A stretch of DNA of 64,000 bases from Lama guanicoe (lineage: Eukaryota). Positions 23,727-36,990 of the stretch are shown piece by piece. The notes under the pieces were generated by a model. It was not told the DNA's origin, ran no database searches, and worked only from the letters and a program-made list of their open reading frames with translations. The stretch's first letter is position 1. Every line of letters begins with the position of its first letter. The stretch lies in NCBI GenBank assembly GCA_013239625.1, contig MU054187.1, positions 5,839,757 to 5,903,756 on the forward strand. Reading direction: 5' to 3'. The position numbers and the translations under genes are program-made.

Positions 23727-25130
23727 CTGTGATTGGTGATTAGACCTCCCTTCCTCCAGTTTCATCAAATTAGTGGCCCAAAGTCAGAGCTGAGATGAGG
23801 ACCCCTGATGTGGGGTTCAACCTTCAGTCTATGCACCTTCCAAACTCTCTGGGGTTAAGTTATGTCAACTTCCTGTAATTTGCCCTGTTTCACCATCTGT
23901 CCGTCTTTACCAATGCGAAACAAGAGAAATCCCTATTTACTTTAAAGTTCTTCCATGCAAAGTCCTGCGAAGATGTAAAATAGAAAAGATGCAAACTGAC
24001 CATCTCACTGTGTTTCGTATCTGCAGACTCTCATGCTGATGTCAGTTCTAGGGCCAAATTCCTATTCAACCGTCACGGTCCTAGCATTATCTCAGTATCA
24101 TTTATGATATGACTATCAAAGCCAGATGTTTTGGATTATGAAACTCTGTTTCCATAATAAAGGATTTCAAAATCATTTATGCTTTATGGCTTAGGAGAAG
24201 GAAATCACAAAACTTAGTTCCACTCCTGAATGTCCAAGCATCATAGATATAATTCTATTTTTGGCAGTAAAGACACTAAGAAGAGAGAAATTCAAGCCCT
24301 TTTCCAAACCCCTAAAGGGGGAAAATAGTTTCCAAAAAAATCAAGAATGAAGCCAACAAAAAATGCTCCAAAAAACATTGGAGACAGTGACAAAATAGAA
24401 GATAGTATTGTTCTGATAGAAAGGTGAATCCCAGGGCTGTAAGCATCCAATTAATAGTTGAATATTGCTGCTATAACGTGTGTTTACAAGATGAGACAGT
24501 GCTGAAAATATGCATGAAATCTGCACAAGTAATCAACACTTGATGTTTTGTAAAGTCATTTTAGATCAAGACATTCAAACCCGTAACTTCCAACTCATAT
24601 GCTGTAGTTAAGAATCCCCAACGGCTAAGAGAGAGGCCAACATTATCCATCACTGCCAGAGGTGAGACTGATGTTTAAAACCCAAGACTCTCACACTTCC
24701 TTTTTTGATTCATCCCGTGTTGAAGAAAGAAACGTCGAGAGAGCAGAAGACCTTTCAACTAGATAGAATGCTGTGTTAAAATGGGAATTAAGGGAATTGG
24801 ATTCTGACATGACCCCATCAAATCCCAAACCTCATTTTGCTGATAGAGATCGGAGGAAAAAAAATGAAAAGGTTGAATCTACACTTGTGTGCCAGTAAAA
24901 ATTCCATTGCCAGTTTTACAGAGAGAACTGACATTTGGGGATGTAGAGGGCACGTGGTTGGAATGCCAAGTAGAAGTTGGCGGGATTAAACTTCTACCTC
25001 CAGCAGGTCATTAAGCAACCTTTAAAAAGCAGAATGAAAACTCACTGTCAGGAAAGCTTTGTTCCTATCAGCAGCATATCCCAACCTGAGCTGTCATATT
25101 TCTTCAATGGGAATATATAATACAAATTAC

Positions 25131-25216
25131 CCGGAGCAGCCAAGGTCCCGACAGTCAAGCCCACTGTTTTCATGAAGATCTTGGTCTTGGTGATTGTGCA
25201 GAGGACAGTCTTCAAA
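25131..25216 (-). other. Candidate exon of a minus-strand spliced transcript
   Basis: Acceptor ctttttaattttctgtcaccctag and donor CGG|gtaatt. Two frames are open. Confidence 0.3.
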
Positions 25217-26729
25217 CTAGGGTGACAGAAAATTAAAAAGGTTGGTGAACTTTGGGAACCTTTTTGCAAACTAAACCAGATTCCTGTTAATAGGTTCTTA
25301 GGTCTTGTTTTTAAACCATTGCAAGAATGTTCTTAAAAAAAAAAAAACAACTTTCCATTTCGTAATACTGGTAACTTATGAGGAGCAGCAAGTCACTTAT
25401 ATGCAGGTTGCTCTTGCGACCCTCGTGGGTCCTAAAATCCATGTCAGAGCTGAACAGATTCACAGGTGAAAGTTTTCAGGATCTCACGCAGTAGCATGAT
25501 TCCAAGAAATTCATCCAAAGAAACAGTTGCCAGCGTTTGTTGGGGAAATGGTCACTTAACATCCAACAAACTTTCCAGCACAGCTACAGTGTGTCAGGCC
25601 CTGGAGATGCGACCTGCCCCTGGATGCTTCAGGAGCTAGTTTGGAGACAGACACCAATTCAGTGACAGCTGCACACAGTGCCACTAGCTTCTTGTAACCA
25701 ACCCAGCCATGGCTCATGACCAATGTTTGAGAACAAACGCGGTTAAATAGGGATGTCCTAGAAATGAAATACAGAAGTAGGCTTAACATGGTTTCCATTT
25801 TTCCACAAGAAAACTGAGGACATGAAGAGCAAAATGCTGAATCTGGAGTTTCCCAGGCAGAAGGTGAAAATCCACACTTCAGGACTTTAAGAAGCCAGTT
25901 GCCAACCAATATCGCATGAGATTCAGGGATCGTGTTAAGGGCTTAGATCTGCCCTGCCCAGCGTGGCTTGTGTCCAGTGTGCACTTGAAATGCCACGAAC
26001 TGAGCAAATTCAGCAGATTCAGTGCCCCCGAATTCCTGAGCTTTTGAGCTGCTCACAGAGCATCCGGAGCACGCCACGACCACCCTCCCACATGCCAGAG
26101 TTCGAGTGGGTTTATAAAAACCATCAGTTCAGTAGAGTGCTCTCAGTGTCTTTCTTATGTTCTTCATCTTTCTAACCCAAAAGAGGTAAAGAATACATAA
26201 TATTTAATTTAATGTTTCACTCTGATCTACACTCTTATTCCCACTGTCATTGTTAAATCCAAGAAGAAGGCAGAAGAGAAGAAAAAGACAAAACAGGGGA
26301 ACCTCAGAGGTTAAAGGATGAGTCATAGTTTGTTTCATTCCCAGGTAGAAAGGTGGTGGGTGGTGTTCACTGCAGTTGTGTGATTTGCAGGGTTAAGAAG
26401 TTTCCATTTTTACCTGTTTCTCTTTGCGGCTAATTCCAGCCTAGTTTGTAATCTTCCGCAGTGGAATAATTCGGCTTCCATTTGTTTGTTTTTCCACTAG
26501 CTGCAGCTGTTTTTCTACTGTTCTTTTATTCGAGTAATGAACACACTGATTTATTTTGCCTTGACAGCCTGGGGCAGTGGTACTAAGGGTACAAATTTTT
26601 AAGTCAAACAAATACATGGACCTTTTGAGAATGCATCACACTGGATTTCCTTCTCTTCAGATTCTCCTGAAGTCAGACAATAGGAATTCCAGGGACCATA
26701 CTCTCCTGGGCAAAAAAAATATATATATA

Positions 26730-26813
26730 TTTCTTTAATGGAGGCACTGAGGATTGAACCCAGCATCTTCTGCAAGCTAAGCAGGCGCTCTACCACTGAG
26801 CTATACTCTACCC
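26730..26813 (-). mobile_element. tRNA-Ala-derived SINE, short form
   Basis: ggattgaacccagc...ctctaccactgagctatac. Confidence 0.88.
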
Positions 26814-28169
26814 GCCGTGTGTGTGGGGGTATGTGTATGTGTGTTTGGAGAGAGAGAGCGCGAGAGTGAGCCAATAATGATCTATACAAACTATTCACCC
26901 TTTAAGACAGTTCACCTCAGTCAGCTAATTATTCTCAGGGCCCCTTCAATGAGATGGATGTGACCTGCTCATATTTCAGCCAGTAAGGAAGGCTAAAAAA
27001 TGTGACTCCAGAAGTGACGTTGACCAGAGTTCTCTGCCATCAGATGACAAAGGGAGGGTGTTTTCTTGTTCATAAAATGCGTTTGCTCTTGACTGAGACG
27101 AAGTATGAAGCAGCCAGACTTCAGGATTCTGAAACTCCACTCTGCAGAGCAAATCCTCAACTCACAATGGTCCTAATTAAGGACCAGTGAGCTAAACTGA
27201 GTATTTAGAGGCCAATTTTTTAAAAATAAAGAACGTTTGTTCAGAGTGAACAAACCCTGAACCATCAGGAATGCACTCATTGTGCCGTCTCCTTTCACAG
27301 TTGCCCACGTGTGCAGGCCACACCCCTGTCATCCATTCCAGAGCTTCACTGGGGACCCCAGCGTGAGTCAGGTGTAAGTCTGAGTGACACAATCATTTGT
27401 AAACAGCACTTCCTTAATTACCACCAAGAATTTGTAAAAAATATTAACAACAAGTAATAATAATGGCTAACCAGATGTGGGAAAACCCACTGATCACTTT
27501 CAGTGTACAAGGTGATACGCAGCCCATTCAAAGGAACGCCACTCAGGACTCCGCCCACCTGATTCTCATCTCTGTCTTGTTGTTTATTCTGTGTGGTTTA
27601 TTCTTGTACTAGTCAGTTGACCTTTTGATTCCTCTCTTTTTCTCCTCTTTAGAATGAGGGGCATACACTCATGATCTCAGTGTCCTTTCTTTCTCCAACA
27701 TTCTAATTTTACATCCCTAAATCATTTAAAGGGACGCATTGCCTCCCCATAAACTAATCTTGCTAAACTGATTCCAACCTGACTTTCGCTGACTTGCTTA
27801 AGTAGGCTAAACATCCCCACATCAGGAGCTCAGAATCATGTTCTCCCTATTAATTTTCTCATAAATAGCACAGAAGAAAGTTGCAACCCAGTTTTGCCTG
27901 CAGTGTCATAAAATCTAAATTAGTTGGATTTAAATTGGTGAGGTGTGAGTATGTGTTAGATTAAAACGTAACGTCAATTAATGGTGTGTGTTCTGTCCTG
28001 GGTCGTTGTCTCTTTCTCTACACAATCTGCCTGGAAAATTATAAATTGCCCACAGCTTTCAGACATTCCCGACTCCTAAAAGTCTAACTCCAGATGATTT
28101 CTCCTCCGAGCTCCAAACTGATATCAGCTAATAACGGTCATCATTCAGCGAACGCCTCCCACAAGTCTG

Positions 28170-28340
28170 GTGCAGAGCAGTCACTTTAACAACCTGGTTT
28201 CCCTATAATCAGGGGAGACCTGGTGATCTCCACTGTACAGAGGAGGAAATTGAGTCTCAGAAGGATCAGGTAGCTGATCGAAGTCACACAGCTGATCATT
28301 GTCACGGCCAAGGTTATAATCCAGGTCTCACTGGCTTAGA
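28170..28340 (-). mobile_element. MIR
   Basis: tacagaggaggaaattgagtctcagaagg...gtcacacagctg. Confidence 0.75.
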
Positions 28341-28639
28341 AGTCCACGTCCTTTGGACTCTTCCACACGAGCGAACGATATGGTTGGAAATGCAGGATAA
28401 CAAAGCATGATAACTGTTGTGGATGAAAGCTTTCTTCTTGGCAGAGGGGGGCAGGCTGCAGGGAGGACAAGGTCTGGGGTCTGAGGTCACAGGCAGAGGA
28501 AGGGGAAGCTGACAAGGTGGGTCTGGGCCAGACGCGGAACAGCCTCGCGGGCCAGGACAGAGAACGCAGGCTCCTGTTAGACAACGCGAGTCACCCCAGG
28601 GTCTCAAGGGGGCGCAGGAACTGACTACCGTCAGGTTCA

Positions 28640-28830
28640 CATTTTAGGGGGCATAGTCTGAAAATAACTTCAAGAAAAGTTTAGAAGGAAATACAGAGAA
28701 ATTCGAAGTAGGAAGGTCATTGGGGAACCTATTCCAGGTGACAGGGCATTCAGGCCTGAGACGGGACAGTAACAGAGGAAGGGGTGAGAAAGGATTCACA
28801 ACACAGTGCACAGTTAGAATGCAGAAGGAG
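28640..28830 (-). mobile_element. L2 fragment
   Basis: ccaggtgacagggcattcaggcctgagacggg...ggaaggggtgagaaaggatt. Confidence 0.45.
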
Positions 28831-28959
28831 AGGAGGACGAGGGTCTGCCGACCGCAGGGCCACCCACCTTGTCTTTCCCCGGTTGCCTCACACAGCGGGT
28901 TCCCACGGCCGACCTGCTGCAAAGCCCCCACCTCGGTGGAGAAAGTCGCCGCGCTGGGT

Positions 28960-30480
28960 CGTACCGGGCGCAGCTCACACCCCATTTATCTGGATGTCTC
29001 ACCGCCTCCATTCACCACCCACGTCTCAGAAACCTCACCATCTCTGCCTCTCAGCTGGACCTTCACAGTCACCTCCTCTCCCATCTTCCCACAGCCACCC
29101 TGGCCCCTGCTTCCAGACTGTTCTCCCCACAGCAACCCCCAAAACCCTTGAAAACCTGTGTCGGATCATCTCACTCTTCTGCTCGGAACTGCAGGATAGC
29201 CCCCTGGCCGAAGACCTCCCAGTGGCAGTAAGGCCCGGCGTGTCCCGTGATCCCTGACCCCGTCTCCTTCTGCCTCCTTCTCCTCACACTGCTCCAGCCT
29301 CCCCGGCCTCCTCCTGCTCCTCGGACCCACAGGTCACACTCTATCTCAGCGCCTTTGCGCTGGCTACACCTCCCTCAGCATCGCGAAGTCTCACTCGCTC
29401 ACCTCCTTCGGGGTTTTGTTCAGATGTCTCTCTCCTCTGCAGTGAGTCACACCTGAACCGCCTCATTGAAAAGCGCAAACCTCCCCGACCCTTGCCTCGT
29501 ACGCAGATGCCCGGCCCAGCACACTTCGGATGCTGTATTTTGCTGCAACATACCGTTACGGGTTGCCTTGCGCCCCTCCAGAAGAGGCTGAAGGCCTCAC
29601 CCCCGGTACCTGGGAGTGTAACTTTTCTAGAAGGGTTTTTGCAGAGGACTGAGCTACGATGAAGCCGTTAGTGTGGGTCCTAATCCAGCATGGCTGGTGT
29701 CCTTATTAAAAGGGGAAATTTGGACCCAGAGACACACACAGGGAGAACACCGTGTGAGGATGGAGGCAGAGATTAGCGCGATATTTCTGCAAGCCAACAG
29801 ACACCAGAAGCTGGGGGAGGCCTAAACAGATTCTCCCTCACGGCCTCGGAAGGAACCAACCCTGCCAACGCCTGGATCTTCCATTTCCAGCCTCCAGAAC
29901 CATGAGACAATAAAATTCTCTTGTCTGAACCACCCAGTGGGTGGCACTTTGCTATGGCAGCTCTAGGAAACTAATCATCTTACCAAATAATCAACCTGTC
30001 TTCACCTGCAAAGGTCAGCTTCCCGAGGTGGGGGCAGGGGGAGGTGGCAGCGATGTGTTTATTTTTCTTTGCTCGTGTGTCTCCAGCAATAATGAATCTC
30101 AACAGCTGTGCCCAGGCCACAGGGCTAGCCTCTCCCCCCACGTCTCTCCAGGACAAAGTCCTTTCAACTTTCACCCCAAATGCCATGGGCTTTGAAACCT
30201 TCTTAACTTCGCTTGAGCTGTTTCCTGGGCCTGGGATGCTCGCGTCTGTGTGCTACCATCTCGTCATCAGTTCAGACACATCCACGTCATCCCTCCGCTG
30301 ATGGGTCCCCTCTGCCCCCTCGTCTGCTTTATTATTCATCCGGTTGTGCCTCCCGCCTATAAACCGGGACAGCTTTGAGTTCTCTAATCATATCCTATTC
30401 ATCTTTCCAGCCCCAGAACCCGGCCCCATGTCTGGCACCCGGAGGGGTGCCGTAAATGTTTGCTAGATGGAATTAAATCT
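28960..30480 (+). mobile_element. L2 3' region fragments interrupted by MLT1C
   Basis: tcggatcatctcactcttctgctc, ctcacactgctccagcc, and terminal gtctggcacccggaggggtgccgtaaatgtttgctagatg. Confidence 0.65.
29554..29977 (+). mobile_element. MLT1C MaLR solo LTR
   Basis: cctaatccagcatggctggtgtccttattaaaagggg...gaaggaaccaaccctgcc...gcagctctaggaaactaat. Confidence 0.9.
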
Positions 30481-31434
30481 GTATCCTGCAGTGTTGGCAA
30501 GAGCTGTCCTTCCCTGGGCCGCTCGCCGCCGCAGCGGGTGCAGGGGGCTCAGGGCGGCCCGGTGGGCAGAACTCGGGGGAGAGCGTCGGGGCGCTTCGGG
30601 GCTGCGGCTCCCTGCGGACCCTCTGTCTCCCTGCCATCTCGGGAGAGTTTCTTAAATCAGAACCATTAGCGATGTGGTACTTAAACCACTCAGGTAAGCC
30701 CTGGAAGACATTTGCCAGAATTCACAAACAGCTCGATCAGAGAAGGTATGTGAATCCTCCTCCTTTTTATAAACTCCAGCGAGGAAGGACAGTCCTTTGA
30801 GACAGGCCGCTGGGCAGGAATATGCTGGCTCTGGTTCCAGGCAACGGCTTCACCTCTGTTTCCTGTTCTCCTCCTGTTCTTTCCCGGGGGCGGGGGGTGT
30901 AAAGGCCACGCATCTCCACCCGGTTTTGCAGGGAGGAGGAGCTGGAGCCAGCATCAGAAACGAAGCAGGCGTTTGGTGTGGCAGCCTGCCTCTGAGCCCC
31001 CGACTACCCGCCGGATGTGGCCTGAAAAGGCTGGGAGACCAGCCTGCCAGAAATTCCAAGCGAACAGAACGAAGGTGTCAGACCTGCGTCCTCAGGAACC
31101 GCTGTGGGCTCTCCCAAGGCTCTCTGCCCCTCTCTGTTGTCCAAAAGCCACGAGCTCCTCTGTCTCACAGCCATTGCCTAGACAGCAGAGTGGGCCCAAC
31201 GGAACGTAGGAAACGCCAAGATCTTTACAGCCTGACTCCTTGCAGGTGCCATGCTGGTGGGTTAGCTTCAAATGCATAAGGATAAGTGATTTCATAACCC
31301 TAACTGCATGCATTTGGCAGGTCAGATGTCCAGTTAATGGTGCTCAGGTGGCTCAGTCAGTCATGGGCCCAGGCTCAGCACCCGTGCCGCGCCAAGCTCT
31401 GCTTTTCTCAAGGGCATCGAAGAAGAGGGCTCTC

Positions 31435-31523
31435 AGGAGGGAGGGTGTAGCTCAGTGGTAGAGCACGTGCTTGGCATGTACGAGGTCCCGAGTTCAATCC
31501 CCAGTACCTCCAGCAAAAAAAAA
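31435..31523 (+). mobile_element. tRNA-Ala-derived SINE, short form
   Basis: tRNA head plus A tail. TSD aagaagagggctc at 31420-31432 and 31524-31536. Confidence 0.93.
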
Positions 31524-31932
31524 AAGAAGAGGGCTCCCGTTTTTCACACTATGTCATAAAGCTGATCAAACAATAGCTTACACTATTCCCAGCAAAATGT
31601 AGTAAGCTTCGTGATCATGACTAAAGAGTTGCTCGCGAATTTTCAACAGTTCAATTCAGCTCTACCTTTTGCCCCCTTAAATTCACATGGGCAATGTGTC
31701 GATCATTCTTTGTACGCTGGCCTCATAATGCTTTGAATTATTGTTCTTATACATACAGTACGTGTGAAGCGTTTGGGGCAGTGGGTAGGCCCTCATCCAG
31801 TGAGACTAGTGGTCTCAACATTTGGTCACGCGCTCCTTTCAGATCAAACAAAGCCAGGAAACCTCGCTCCAGAAAAAAAATCCACACACTTCACACGTGT
31901 TTTACGTATAATTTGGGGCAGACCTGCTCCAA

Positions 31933-32297
31933 CAGGAATCAGTAAACTTTTTGCTATAAAGGCCAGATAATATATATTTCAGGCTTTATAGGTCAAGAGG
32001 CAAGATGTGAGTATTATCTAGGTATTTATATTAAAAAAGAGAAAACAAATTCCCACACATTTTAATTGACAAAATCCAAAATACCATAACTGCATATGAT
32101 TTGTTCGGTAATACAGGTCTGTGAACGAAAAGAAAGGAATTTGGCTGGAGGGGAACAGAAGGGAAATATTTCACTCCGTCGTGGTTCAAAGTGAGTGTTT
32201 CCCATCATAAAATCGATGGACAACGTCCATCTGTGAAAACCACTCTGAGTTCAAGGGCTGTGAAACCCAGGCAGTGGGCCGGATTTGCTAATCACTG
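31933..32297 (+). mobile_element. MER58D-like hAT-Charlie DNA transposon
   Basis: caggaatcagtaaactttt...aaggccagata...ggttcaaagtgagtgtttccc...gggccggatttg. Confidence 0.8.
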
Positions 32298-33112
32298 CTT
32301 TAAAGTGCACCCAGAGGCAGAGACTCAGATCTAGACTATTTTAGGGAGTCCCTGCTGGGACCGTGTTGCTGTCCAGGGCTCTTGATCCTGGTGGCAGGGA
32401 AGACGCCCACACCGAGGCCCCACCCGGAGCCAGCGAGGAGTCCTGGGGCCCGGCTCCCGCCACAGGGCTGGCTGGCAGCTGAATTGGGGCCACATGCCTT
32501 CCTCTCCCAGCTGCAACCAAGACCACACGCTCTACTCAATTCTATTAACCTACATTCTGTGACCTCAATAAAACTTTCCCGATAATCAGCAAGAATAACA
32601 ATGCACAGGAAAAGAAACTCCTGCGCCCAGTGCTTGAAAATTGAAATGTAAAAAGCACACCAATGCATAAGGCTTTTTAATGAATAAAACTATTTCCTTA
32701 ATCTGCAGTTATCTTTCAATCAATACTCACTTCCAGAGAGTCCAAAAAAATACTGCCTTGCATATCTAAAACAGCTTTGAATAAATCATAACAAACTCAT
32801 CAAGACCCAGCGTTCAACAAAAATGATTATGCAGAAATTTTAGCTTATCCTCACCCAGTTAATCTTTTTCTCCTAAAAAACATTCCATAGAAAGTCAATC
32901 GCAGGAGAAATGTAATTCTATATAATGTTTTCCGGCCTGTAATGTTTGAAAAGCTTAGGCCACTAAGAAGAGCCATAAATGCATCTCATTGTCGGTTAGA
33001 ACCCATCATTTCATCTCGATAACGGTTAAATAAATAAGTAAATACAGACATAAATGCAGCTCCGTTGACGGGCTGGCGGAGCGGCAGTTGGAGCGACAAA
33101 CTTGATGCAAGT

Positions 33113-33127
33113 TCTCCACCTAGTGGA
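33113..33127 (-). promoter_or_regulatory. CTCF motif, reverse orientation
   Basis: Minus strand reads TCCACTAGGTGGAGA, close to CCASYAGRKGGC. Confidence 0.5.
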
Positions 33128-34596
33128 TCTTTCGAAAGTTGCAGGTACCTGTGTCGGCTACAGACAAAGAGATACAGACTCGCCGGGGAAACATCCTCTC
33201 TGTTAATCAGTGACAGCATGTCGGACGTTCATTTTCTCTTTTTTTATTTTCTACTTTCTTTGGTGTCCCTCCCCCTCTTAGCCCAGGTTCCCCAGGGACG
33301 ATTCAAAGACAGATATTTGCCTACAAAACATTAATTGGGGCACACTGTCGGGACAGACACTGGTGAGGGAGCGAAGGGAGCAGCACTGGATGGAGGAGGC
33401 GGCTGGGCTGTGTTGGACCCTTGCAGCCAGAAGTCTTGGTAACAAGGAGCCTGCCGATGGCCCACACTTTGCCTCCAGTCCTGCCAGCAGGGCTGCTCCA
33501 TCCACAGGCCCATCCGGGAGGCCAATGAGGAGGCTGGCTGGCCTCAGCTGTGTGTTTAGTGCCTTGTGCACAGTGGAAGCTGTCTGTAGGTCTCACATGA
33601 GGAACAAAGCCCTTCACACTTGGTACCCGTCCACCTGCTTCCTCCCTAGGCCCACTCATCCCTGAGGGTCCAGGCTTTCTCCCTGAAGGCCTCTGACCAA
33701 CCACCAAGCCATCTGGCACTGCTCAGGAATCTATGTACCTCCAGCACTCCCCTTGCACACTGAGTGCATCAAGGGGCAGTGGGCTGGATGGTGCATCTAA
33801 CCACCCACTTAGTGGTCCAGTCTTAGCTTGTGTCTCATTCCAATCTGACCCATCATGAACTTGGCCTTCCTTCTTCCCATTAGCTGGTCAAAGGGACCCC
33901 TGCCCCACTGTCCAGCCATGGGTAGGAGGCAGGGAGGGACCGGCACACCTGTGACGGACGGATGGAATGGAGGTCTGAAATCCCACCTTTTGTGCCTCAC
34001 ACTGGTCCTGGGACTGACACCGCAATGTGAGGTGATGAAATGAGGAAGACGGCGAGAAGGGGAGAACAGAGAGTAATAAGAAATGATTGAAGGGAAGAAG
34101 TGGCTACATTGGAGGATGCAGCTGAGAACTGGAAACTCTCCACCTGCCTGGCGGGGACGGTGCTGTCTGACCTCCCAACTCTTCTCCTCCTCTGACCCAC
34201 AAGCAAATCCTGTCGGTCAGTCTCATTCAGACACATCCAGAATCCAACCACCTCTCACCCTCCTGCAGCAACCACTGTGGTTCAAGGCACCATGGCTCCT
34301 GTCTCACTGCGTATGTGGACAGCTCTCCTAGTCGCTGCCATTGCCCCTTTGTCTGCTCTCTGGCCTTTTCCGTCCTTGAACATCACAGGCTCATGCTCAA
34401 ATCGAAAATATGTCAATTGGTGATTGAATTTCAAATATAGACCCTTCAAAATCACCAACTAACATGTTTTTCAACACTGACATTTCATTCAAATGTCAGT
34501 TCTAAATCTCTAATGTCACAATGTTTTTGTCTCATGACATCTTATTAATTATCTTTCAGCCAGCCTCTCTCGCACCAGATGTTTTATTACATAAAA

Positions 34597-35149
34597 TCAA
34601 AAATACAACCTAAATATCCATCAACAGATGACTGGATAAAGAAGCTGTAGTTTATTTATACAGCAGAATACTGCTCAGCCATAAAAAAGAATAAAATAAT
34701 GCCATTCACAACAACATGGATGGACCTGGAGATCATCATTCTAAGTGCATTAAGCCAGAAAGAGAAAGAAAAATACCCTATGATATCACTCATAAGTGGA
34801 ATCTAAGAAAAGAAAAATGAAGACGTTAATGAACTCATCTACAAAACAGAAACAGACTCACAGACATAGTCAACAATCTTATAGTTACTGGGGGGCAGGG
34901 GCTGGGAAGGGATAAATTGGGAGTTCAAGATTTGCAAATATTAACTACTATATATAAAAATAGATTTAAAAAACAAATTTCTTCTGTATAGCACAGGGAA
35001 CTATATTCAATATCTGTAGAAATCTACAATGAAAAAGAATATGAAAACGAATATGTGTATGTATATGTATGACTGAAACACGCTGCACACCAGACATTGA
35101 CACAACGCTGTAACTGATTATTCGTCAATAAAAAATAAAATAAAATAAA
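34597..35149 (+). mobile_element. Cetartiodactyl/camelid L1 3' end
   Basis: atggatggacctggagatc...acagaaacagactcacagacatag...tatagcacagggaactatattcaatatc, ending in a (taaaa)n tail. Confidence 0.92.
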
Positions 35150-35537
35150 GTGATTGATGGATGGGTAGATTTCACCAATATTTTCCCCTTTCTGTATATT
35201 GAGGCAATACCACTGATCAGAAAAGAGGCCAAGATTCACATTATATAAAGGATAAGGGGAAAGCCAGCAATAGCTCTAGAAAACCTCAGGGGCAGAGTGG
35301 ACGCTCCCACCAACACAAGCCACAGAGTATGCATCCTCCCTGAAGCACTGACCACCACCCGAGCCCGCCGGACAGCAGGGCCCACTCTGGACCCACAGGA
35401 CCAGTAAGCGGACATGTGCTGCTCCCTCTCTGGCGGCCTGACTCCCCCTACCCTTCCTTCCTAGGTCCCCATTTAACAAGGCACGTCCACTGCTGGCATT
35501 TCCTAAGACTGTTTTGCCATGCTCCCCTTGCTCATGA

Positions 35538-35666
35538 AAGACAGAAAGACAGACAGACAGACAGACAGAGAGAAAGAAAGAAAAGAAAGAAAAAGAAAGA
35601 AAGAAAGAGAAAGAAAGAAAGAAAAAGAAAGAGAAAAAGAGAAAGAAAGAAAAGAAAAGAAAAGAA

Positions 35667-35733
<67 letters not shown>

Positions 35734-35800
35734 GTAGGAGGGAGGGAGGGAAGAAAGAAAGAAAGAGAAAGAAAGAAAGAAAGGGAAAGAAAGAAAGAGC
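35538..35800. repeat. Compound (AGAC)n-(GAAA)n purine-rich microsatellite
   Basis: Directly visible, about 260 bp. Confidence 0.97.
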
Positions 35801-36606
35801 AAAAGAGCTATTCACAGTAGTTCGTAGGCACTGAAAGTGGAGTAGGTCTCACCTCTCTGCGTAGCCATTGGGAATGTTCATGACCTCTTTCCAATGATAA
35901 AATGTCAGTGTCAGAGTCAGAGTTGTTGTTTATTTTGCAAGATTTGCAGAGCCTCAGTGAGAGCCTTGCAGATGGGTGTCCTGGGGTCACATGGGTTGCA
36001 CTGCCAGCGGACCCCCACCAAGCTCAGACAACCTCATCTTCTTGGTGGCAGCCGGAGGCAGGCCGGCATCCTCCTCGCTCAGTGTCATCAGGCCACTTCC
36101 ACCTCAAGCCCTGATGCATTTTTGAAAACATCAAAGTTGAAAAAGTCCTCATAAAATCTGAAAAAATATTAGCTTCATGGATGCAGTCTGCGCTTGGTAT
36201 TGATTTTTTAATGGACATTGAGTGATGAGATGAAGCTATATTCTTGAAATATCTGCTGTATACTTTGTGTTCCATACCCTGACATACAATAAAGCTATTT
36301 GCTTTCTTTTTTCACTTTTGAGTTCATTTTCATTCCAAAGTCAAACTGAAAAGCTTGAGTTATTCTAAAATACAGTATTTTTCACGAGTGTTAAATTGTA
36401 CTTGCATATTTCACAAGTACTTTAGGCAACTTTCCTTTTATTCACATGTCTTTTAAGACAGAGAAGTTTTAATCATGTTCATAAAACCCCTGGGGTCTAT
36501 CATGGAAAAGAAGTGACTTGTGACACCACGTAACATTTACAGCTAAAAGTCGTCCGGATAGACTGCTTCTGCACCTGCACACCTCTGAAAAGACAGGAAA
36601 CATTAC

Positions 36607-36690
36607 TTTTTTGTTTCAATTGAAGTCTAGTTGATTTGCAATGTTGCGTTAGTTTCTGGTGGACAGCACAGTGATTCAGTCATACATTTT
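36607..36690 (-). mobile_element. L1 3' tail
   Basis: aattgaagtctagttgatttgcaatgttgcgttagtttctggt. Confidence 0.8.
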
Positions 36691-36769
36691 CAAAAATGCA
36701 GACAGAGGTCGTGAGCTAATCTGAGTCAGAGGCACCACAAGGCGACTGAAGTTCGTTTTGGCTAAGCTG

Positions 36770-36990
36770 TGGGTTTAGAGCACAGAATTAGCTGATCTGG
36801 AACCGACTTCCAGGCGACCGTCACTTCCTAAATCTGTGCCATCTGACAAGCTTTCAATTTCTGTGAGCCGCGGTTTCATCATCTGTCAAATGGGGATATT
36901 ATTGGCTAGAGTTTCAATAGAATTTACAGAGTAACGTTAAGATCTCAGACAGAGCCTGGAACCCAGAAAGTACTGGATCATCGGTAGTTA
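36770..36990 (+). mobile_element. MIR
   Basis: ctgtgagccgcggtttcatcatctgtcaaatggggata. Confidence 0.7.

Noticed and set aside
26420..26495. Possible minus-strand exon (MEAELFHCGRLQTRLELAAKRN, donor CAG|gtaaaa)
   Set aside because: It has no credible acceptor or promoter, so I left it out of the transcript model.
28314..29456. Cluster of 100-157 aa ORFs
   Set aside because: They lie on GC-shifted L2/MIR relics, where base composition explains the lack of stop codons.
35276..35820. Four ORFs of 72-179 aa (KER-rich or FLS-rich)
   Set aside because: They are translations of the (GAAA)n microsatellite.
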